The position numbers and the translations under genes were made by a program. The notes under the pieces are model-generated. The model did not search any database and was not told the DNA's origin. It saw only the letters and a program-made list of their open reading frames with translations. This document shows, in pieces, positions 58,332-64,000 of a stretch of 64,000 nucleotides of DNA (position 1 is its first letter; the number at the start of each line of letters is the position of its first letter). Source of the DNA: Candidatus Multivoradales bacterium (GTDB lineage Bacteria; Acidobacteriota; Thermoanaerobaculia; Multivoradales; Multivoraceae); contig CBDCWI010000002.1 of assembly GCA_965223325.1 (NCBI GenBank), forward strand, positions 2,976,001 through 3,040,000. Direction: 5' to 3'.

Positions 58332-59684
58332 ATGGCTGGCATCTTCAAGGCCTACGACATTCGTGGCCTGTATCCCGAACAACTGAACGAAGACCTCGCG
58401 ACCCGTATTGGGTTATCGATGCAGTTTCTGATTGAGCCCGGCGAACCCGGAAGCCGCCGTATCGTCGTCGGCCACGACATGCGCAGCCATTCGATACCGC
58501 TGCACGCCAACCTGGTCGATGGGTTGCTGCGTGCCGGCTTCGACGTCGTCGACGTCGGCCTGGTGACCACGCCGATGAACTACTTCGCCGTCGGTCATCT
58601 CGAAGCAGACGGGGGCGTTCAGGTCACCGCAAGCCACAACCCGGCGCAGTACAACGGCATGAAAATGAGCCTTCACGGCGCGCGCCCGGTATCCGGAGAC
58701 GACGGAATCCCCGTCCTCGAGGAGAAGGCTACCGGTGCGGCTGAACTGCCCGAGGCCGGCCGCCGGGGCACACACCACCATGCCGACATCATGGAGGCGT
58801 ACGCCGAACGCATGCTGTCGTTCGTCGAACTCCCCGACGGCGCTCGCAAGCTCAAGGTGGTCGTCGACGCTGCCAACGGCATGGGTGCGATCTACGAACC
58901 GATTCTCGAGCAGGCCGGAATCGAGCTCGACCGGCTCTACTTCGAGCTCGACGGCACCTTCCCCAACCACGAAGCCAACCCCCTCAAGTTCGACTGCCTC
59001 GAGGACCTCGCCGCACGCGTCGTCGAAACCGGTGCGGACCTCGGCGTTTCCTTCGATGGCGATGCCGATCGCGCCGGCTTCGTCGATGAGCTTGGTCGAC
59101 CAGTCGGGTCAGACCTGGCAACGGCCCTCATCGCCGGCCGCCTGCTCGCCGTCCGATCGGGCACCGTTGTCTACGACGTACGCTCCTCGCGCGCTCTTCC
59201 CGAAGCGATCAAGCGCGCCGGCGGTACGCCTCGCCGCGAGCGCGTCGGGCACTCGTTCATCAAGGCGACCCTGCGCGAAACCGACGGCGTCTTCGGCGGC
59301 GAGCTCGCCGGCCACTACTACTTTCCGGAGACCTACTACGCCGACTCGTCGCTGCTCGCGGTCTTCCACATGCTCAACCTGCTGCGGAGCGACACGCGTT
59401 CCATGTCGCAATGGCTCGAACCGCTCATGACCTGGTCGAAGAGCCCCGAGGTCAACTTTGAGGTCGACGACAAAGAGAGCATGATGGAGGAACTCGCCGA
59501 GCGCTATCGAGACGGAACCGTCGACTGGCTCGACGGGGTGACCGTCGACTATCCAGAGTGGTGGTTCAACGTCCGCCCATCGAACACCGAGCCGCTTCTC
59601 CGCCTCGTTGTCGAAGCGGAGAGCGACGAGTTGTTGGCGTCCAAGCGAGCCGAACTCGAAGAGCTGCTCGGAACACCCGTTTGA
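58332..59684 (+). CDS. Phosphomannomutase/phosphoglucomutase
   Basis: IFKAYDIRG, TASHNP, FDGDADR, GGELAGH, RPSNTEP. Confidence 0.95.
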   Translation: MAGIFKAYDIRGLYPEQLNEDLATRIGLSMQFLIEPGEPGSRRIVVGHDMRSHSIPLHANLVDGLLRAGFDVVDVGLVTTPMNYFAVGHLEADGGVQVTASHNPAQYNGMKMSLHGARPVSGDDGIPVLEEKATGAAELPEAGRRGTHHHADIMEAYAERMLSFVELPDGARKLKVVVDAANGMGAIYEPILEQAGIELDRLYFELDGTFPNHEANPLKFDCLEDLAARVVETGADLGVSFDGDADRAGFVDELGRPVGSDLATALIAGRLLAVRSGTVVYDVRSSRALPEAIKRAGGTPRRERVGHSFIKATLRETDGVFGGELAGHYYFPETYYADSSLLAVFHMLNLLRSDTRSMSQWLEPLMTWSKSPEVNFEVDDKESMMEELAERYRDGTVDWLDGVTVDYPEWWFNVRPSNTEPLLRLVVEAESDELLASKRAELEELLGTPV

Positions 59685-59729
59685 AACCGCGGGCAGCCGC
59701 TCGAGCGACGGGAGGCTGCTCGGGCCGGA

Positions 59730-60407
59730 TCAGGCGTTGCGACGCCCACCGAGAAGCATGGGCAGGTAGACGAGCAGGTAGCCGAGTGACGTGAGCATCG
59801 CGGCAACGTAGGTCAGAGCCGCGGCGTTCAGCACCTTCGACATGCCCGTCGCCTCTTCTCCGCGCACGATTCCGTACCGCTCAGCCAGCGCCTTGGCGCG
59901 CTTCGAGGCATTGAACTCAACCGGCAGCGTGACCAGCTGGAAGAGGAAAACGGCCGCGAAACCGAGAACGCCGATCAACACCAGGCCCCGGCTGGCCATG
60001 AACATGCCCGCCATAATCGCCATGAAGCCAAACCGCGAGCCGATGCTGGCGGTTGGAACGAGAGCCGAGCGCAACCACAGCGGAGCGTAGTTGCTCGCGT
60101 GCTGAATCGCGTGGCCGGCTTCGTGACAAGCGACTCCGACGGCCGCCACCGACCGCGACTGGTAGACCGACTCGGAAAGCGCGAGCTTCTTGGTCTTCGG
60201 GTTGTAGTGATCGGAAAGATGGCCGCGGGCCGGCACGATTTCGACGTCTCCGATTCCAGCTCCGCTCAGCAGGCGCTGTGCAGCTTCGGCACCGGTCAAA
60301 CCAGTCGAGACTGGGACCTTCGAGAACTTCGTAAAGGTCGTTTTCGTTTTCCATGCTGCCCACATCGACAGCATGATCGGGGCGACGAGGAAGAGAAGGT
60401 AGTTCAC
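59730..60407 (-). CDS. Putative neutral zinc metallopeptidase (YugP family)
   Basis: LSDHYNP, HEAGHAIQ, TLPVEFNAS, AAALTYVA. Confidence 0.9.
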   Translation of the reverse strand: MNYLLFLVAPIMLSMWAAWKTKTTFTKFSKVPVSTGLTGAEAAQRLLSGAGIGDVEIVPARGHLSDHYNPKTKKLALSESVYQSRSVAAVGVACHEAGHAIQHASNYAPLWLRSALVPTASIGSRFGFMAIMAGMFMASRGLVLIGVLGFAAVFLFQLVTLPVEFNASKRAKALAERYGIVRGEEATGMSKVLNAAALTYVAAMLTSLGYLLVYLPMLLGGRRNA

Positions 60408-60692
60408 AGAGTCTCCGTTTCGTTGGCTGCTAGCCGGCACCCGCGACGAAGCGTGGGTAGGCCGGACCTATCCCGAGCGACCGCAAGACTCGGCACTCGG
60501 GAACTCGAGATGTCATACGAGAAGTACCGCCAATTCTACCGGCGAAACCACGGTCGACGGCCACTCGCGGCCTCAGAGTGTGTTTCGGCCACCACCGAAA
60601 CAAGGGCGCTGGGGTTCATCAGCGGCTACAACAGGCAGCCGGGGCCGGTTCATTCCGGCGAGCAAAAGAAACGCAATCACGTGACCGCACCT

Positions 60693-61529
60693 CTAGAGCA
60701 TTTGTTCGCCTTCGTCACCGAACAGGACGGTGGGGCCTTCCGGCTGGTCGGTATCGGTGGACTCGAGCGTGATGCGAACCGACCGGAGGTCGGCTGGAAA
60801 CGATTCACTGGACAGCAGGATGGGCTCATCGCCTTCGACCTCGAAGCTTCCGCCGTGGACCATGCCGTCGCCGGTTTCGAACCAGACCACATAGACCATC
60901 GAGCCCGGAGACGGCTCGAGGCGCTCGGCAGCGAGCATCCAGCTGGCGCGATCTCCAGAAACGTAGAGCAGCGCGCGCGCCTCGGGTTGGATGACCGCAC
61001 CCTCGATCGGGCGGAGTGCACAGACCTCAACGCCCGGCAAGGCGACCTGTTCGATGCGCTCCTGAACTGCACCGAGGTCACGCAGCTGGGCGACCTCCGT
61101 TTCCAGCTGCGCAAAGCGCGAACGCTCCTCGCCCAGGCGCTCTAAGAGGAGCGCCGCCGCCGCCATCAAGCCGAAACAAAGAACCGCCAGCACCGCGGCG
61201 GCGAGCTGGGCGAAGCCCCAGCCAGTAGCCGACTCAGAAGCGACCGTCGGAGCCGGCGAGGTCTCGGCCTTCCAGAGCAGGACGTGGCTGCCTCCACGAG
61301 CCTCCTCAGCAACCGCGGCGAGGATCTGCGCCCGAAGCTCTGCTGACGGCTGGACCGGTTCGAGGACCTCGGGAAGTACCCCGAACAGTTCCAGGTAAGC
61401 GCGCTCCTCTCTGCCTTTCGACCACGGCGGCTCTGCCAGCCCATCGACGTAGTCGAGAACCGCCTCGGCAGCCCGGAGCTGCGGATCTTCTGTCCCCTTG
61501 ACGGGTCCCTGGGTCGAATCGTCGCTCAT
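60693..61529 (-). CDS. Anti-sigma factor (RskA-like)
   Basis: PVQPSAELRAQIL, TM helix, YVVW, ITLE...PEGP; downstream of an ECF sigma gene. Confidence 0.82.
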   Translation of the reverse strand: MSDDSTQGPVKGTEDPQLRAAEAVLDYVDGLAEPPWSKGREERAYLELFGVLPEVLEPVQPSAELRAQILAAVAEEARGGSHVLLWKAETSPAPTVASESATGWGFAQLAAAVLAVLCFGLMAAAALLLERLGEERSRFAQLETEVAQLRDLGAVQERIEQVALPGVEVCALRPIEGAVIQPEARALLYVSGDRASWMLAAERLEPSPGSMVYVVWFETGDGMVHGGSFEVEGDEPILLSSESFPADLRSVRITLESTDTDQPEGPTVLFGDEGEQML

Positions 61530-61538
61530 GATGATGAT

Positions 61539-62198
61539 CTAGAGAAGGCTCTCGATCTGGTCGCTAAGTGCCCGCCGGAGCTTCTTCATCGCCAGCAGAG
61601 TGCGGGTTTTGACCGTTCCCAGAGGGATTCCGGTCGACGACGCAATCTCGCTCTGGGTCATGCCGGCAAAGAACGCCAGCTCGATAGCCTGGCGCTGCTC
61701 ATCGGGCAGCTGCGCCAGTTCCCCCTCCAGCACGGCCCGTCGCTCGTCTTTCAATACGGCTGCGGCGCCCTCGGGAGATGTATCGAGAGCCGGTTTTTCT
61801 CGGGCCGAAGCCTCACGAGTACGGGCCGCCACCTGCCGCGAGCGCAAGCGGTCGATGGCCCGGCTGCGAGCAATGAGCACCAGCCAGGTCGACACCGAGC
61901 TGCGCGCAGGGTCATAGCGCGGCGCCTGGCGCCAAACCTGGACCAGCGCATCCTGAAGCACGTCTTCGGCTTCGGCATCCCCGACGACGCGCCGGACAAG
62001 CGCCAGCAGCATGGGCGCGAACCGATCATAGAGCGCACCAAGCGCCGACTCGTCGCCGGCAGCCAGTCGCTCGACGAGGCGGACCTCCTCCTTGTGAGTG
62101 TCGGCACTTCTCTGGACAGGGGCCGAAGTCAAAGGTTCCAGCTCCGTTCTTGCGATCGGGGGCGAGTCGGCGGAAGGACCGAAGTATAGCGCCCCCAC
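61539..62198 (-). CDS. ECF sigma factor (SigK-like)
   Basis: AEDVLQD..VQVW, WLVLIARSRAID, GMTQSEIA...PLGTVKTR; start uncertain. Confidence 0.92.
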   Translation of the reverse strand: MGALYFGPSADSPPIARTELEPLTSAPVQRSADTHKEEVRLVERLAAGDESALGALYDRFAPMLLALVRRVVGDAEAEDVLQDALVQVWRQAPRYDPARSSVSTWLVLIARSRAIDRLRSRQVAARTREASAREKPALDTSPEGAAAVLKDERRAVLEGELAQLPDEQRQAIELAFFAGMTQSEIASSTGIPLGTVKTRTLLAMKKLRRALSDQIESLL

Positions 62199-62476
62199 CC
62201 ACTAGCAACGGTCAGCAGCGGGCTGTATCAAGAAACGAGCGGAGCACGCCGAGGTTTCCGTCTTCACTCCGAAACACACACCACCCGGGCGCAAAAAGGG
62301 CGCGGCGCCTGGCCACCGCCTTCAATCCGAAGGTGCAGGTCGCGCCTCGTGCACCTCGTCGAAGTCCCGGAAGGGTTTCTGGACCTCGACGCTCCCGATC
62401 ACCTGGCAAATGCTGAATATCCCCTCGCTGTAGAGCACCGGACAGCCGCCGAGTATGTGGCGTTCGAGTCGCGCGT

Positions 62477-64000
62477 TCAGTCATCCCGCAGCGCGGTCAC
62501 GGGATCGAGGCGCGATGCTCGCCGGGCCGGTGCCCAGGAGGCCAGCGCTCCGATCAGGGCCAGAAGCAGAGCGACGCCAATCAGGACTCCCGGATCGAAC
62601 AGCGAGGTCTCGAACAGAAGGCCTTCGAGAAAGCGACCCATGGCGACCGCCCCGAACACGCCCAGGAGGAGCCCGCTCCCCACCAGCGCGAACCCGCGCC
62701 GTACTACCAGCCGGGTGAGGTCTCGAGGCCTGGCCCCGAGCGCGATGCGCACACCCATTTCGTGGCGGCGTCGCGATACGGCATACGAGATCAGGCCGAA
62801 GACACCGAGTGCCGCAAGCACCAGGGCGACGACGGAGAACACCGCCAGCGTGCTGACGTTGAGTCGGGAACCAGCGAGGGCTTCGCTGCGATTCTGGGAG
62901 AGACTGCCGATCTCGCGTGGTGCTAGGAGCGGGTCGAGCTCCAGGATGGCGTCTTCCAGCGCCGGGGCCAGGGCGAGTGGCGAGCTGTCGGTGCGCAACA
63001 TCACAGTCATGCTCGGCCAACCGACTACCGATTGCGGAAGATAGATCATCGGCGGCGGTTCCGATTCCAGTGCGAGGTCGCGCACCTCGGTGACAACGCC
63101 GACGACCTCGAACAGCGGACCGTCGGGGCGGTTCCAGAGCACCCGACGCCCGAGCGGATCCTCTCCCGGCCACAGGCGCTCGGCCAGCTGGGCACTCACG
63201 ATCGCTTCGAGGGTTTCCTCTTCGTGGCCTTGGAACGAACGGCCGCGCAACATCGGGATCCGTAGCGTCGAGAAGTAGCCAGGAGTCACCCCCCGCCACT
63301 GCACCCAGACGAAGTTGTCCTCCTCGGTGGTGAGCTCGCGGGCGACCCGGTTGGTCGGACTCGGGCCACGGAAAGGGCTGACCATGCCTGCTCCGACCGA
63401 TTCGACGCCAGGCATCCCTGCCAGACGCTCTTCGAGCACACGGTAGAAGCTACCCACGGCGTCTGCCTGCTCAGGGTAGCGTTCCTCCGGCAAGGCGATC
63501 TCAGCCCGCACGACGCCCTCGACCTCGAAGCCAGCGTCGACAGTTGAAAGCTCCCAGAAGCTGCGCGCCAGGAGGCCTGCTCCGATCGCCAGCACCATGG
63601 CCAGCGCCAGCTCGGCGACGACCAGACCGGTGCGAAAGCGATGACCCCGTCGCGCGCCGCCATCCTGGCGGCCCGTCCGCCCCGTGGCAGAGAGCGAGCC
63701 CGCCGTCGCGTGTAGTGCCGGAGCCAGACCGAACAGCACACTGGTGGCAAGCGCGATCGTGATCACGACCGCAAGAACCCGGCCGTCGAGCACCATTTCG
63801 TCCATCCGAGGGAACGGCTGGGTCTCGAGACCGCGCAGCGCGGGAATCGTGACGGCGGCGAGCAAGAGGCCTGCTCCGGCACCGGCGACGCCAAGGACCA
63901 GCGATTCGGTCAGCAGCTGGCGCACGATGCGGGGGCGGCTGGCACCTAGGGCCAGGCGAAGGCCGATCTCGCTCCCTCGATGGCTGGCACGCGCGAGGAG
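62477..64000 (-). CDS. ABC transporter permease (MacB/FtsX, ADOP-like); 5' part outside the window
   Basis: EIGLRLALGA...RQLLTES, LVVAELALA, RRHEMGVRIALGA, PARRASRLDP; frame open to the window edge. Confidence 0.92.
   Translation of the reverse strand, partial: LLARASHRGSEIGLRLALGASRPRIVRQLLTESLVLGVAGAGAGLLLAAVTIPALRGLETQPFPRMDEMVLDGRVLAVVITIALATSVLFGLAPALHATAGSLSATGRTGRQDGGARRGHRFRTGLVVAELALAMVLAIGAGLLARSFWELSTVDAGFEVEGVVRAEIALPEERYPEQADAVGSFYRVLEERLAGMPGVESVGAGMVSPFRGPSPTNRVARELTTEEDNFVWVQWRGVTPGYFSTLRIPMLRGRSFQGHEEETLEAIVSAQLAERLWPGEDPLGRRVLWNRPDGPLFEVVGVVTEVRDLALESEPPPMIYLPQSVVGWPSMTVMLRTDSSPLALAPALEDAILELDPLLAPREIGSLSQNRSEALAGSRLNVSTLAVFSVVALVLAALGVFGLISYAVSRRRHEMGVRIALGARPRDLTRLVVRRGFALVGSGLLLGVFGAVAMGRFLEGLLFETSLFDPGVLIGVALLLALIGALASWAPARRASRLDPVTALRDD

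Noticed and set aside
60490-60516. CIRCE (HrcA) operator upstream of the zinc peptidase
   Set aside because: Left half matches 7/9 but the right half (AGATGTCAT) is too degenerate

Overview
GC-rich bacterial chromosomal window with about 50 mostly housekeeping CDSs; both terminal genes are truncated by the window edges. An ADOP-type permease and a DGFE-like secretion tail suggest Acidobacteriota, possibly Thermoanaerobaculia (inference). No rRNA, tRNA, CRISPR array, transposase or prophage was recognised. Most notable observations: (1) a sigma54 nitrogen module (glnA, a NifA/AnfA-like GAF-AAA+-HTH activator and a TorF-type porin) with two near-consensus -24/-12 promoters and a shared palindrome, C[G/T]AC-N6-GT[C/A]G; (2) a GlnE with two GlnD-like ACT domains inserted between its catalytic domains; (3) a candidate sigma54-driven structured sRNA at ~26.5 kb; (4) a secreted protein of 11 six-cysteine repeats; (5) a ~166-bp hairpin MITE-like element at TAG stop codons (2 full copies, 2 possible remnants); (6) a zinc-free DksA fused to a histone H1-like domain; (7) a ~1150-aa GlmS-like protein. 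All calls come from reading the sequence and motifs by eye; no database searches were run.
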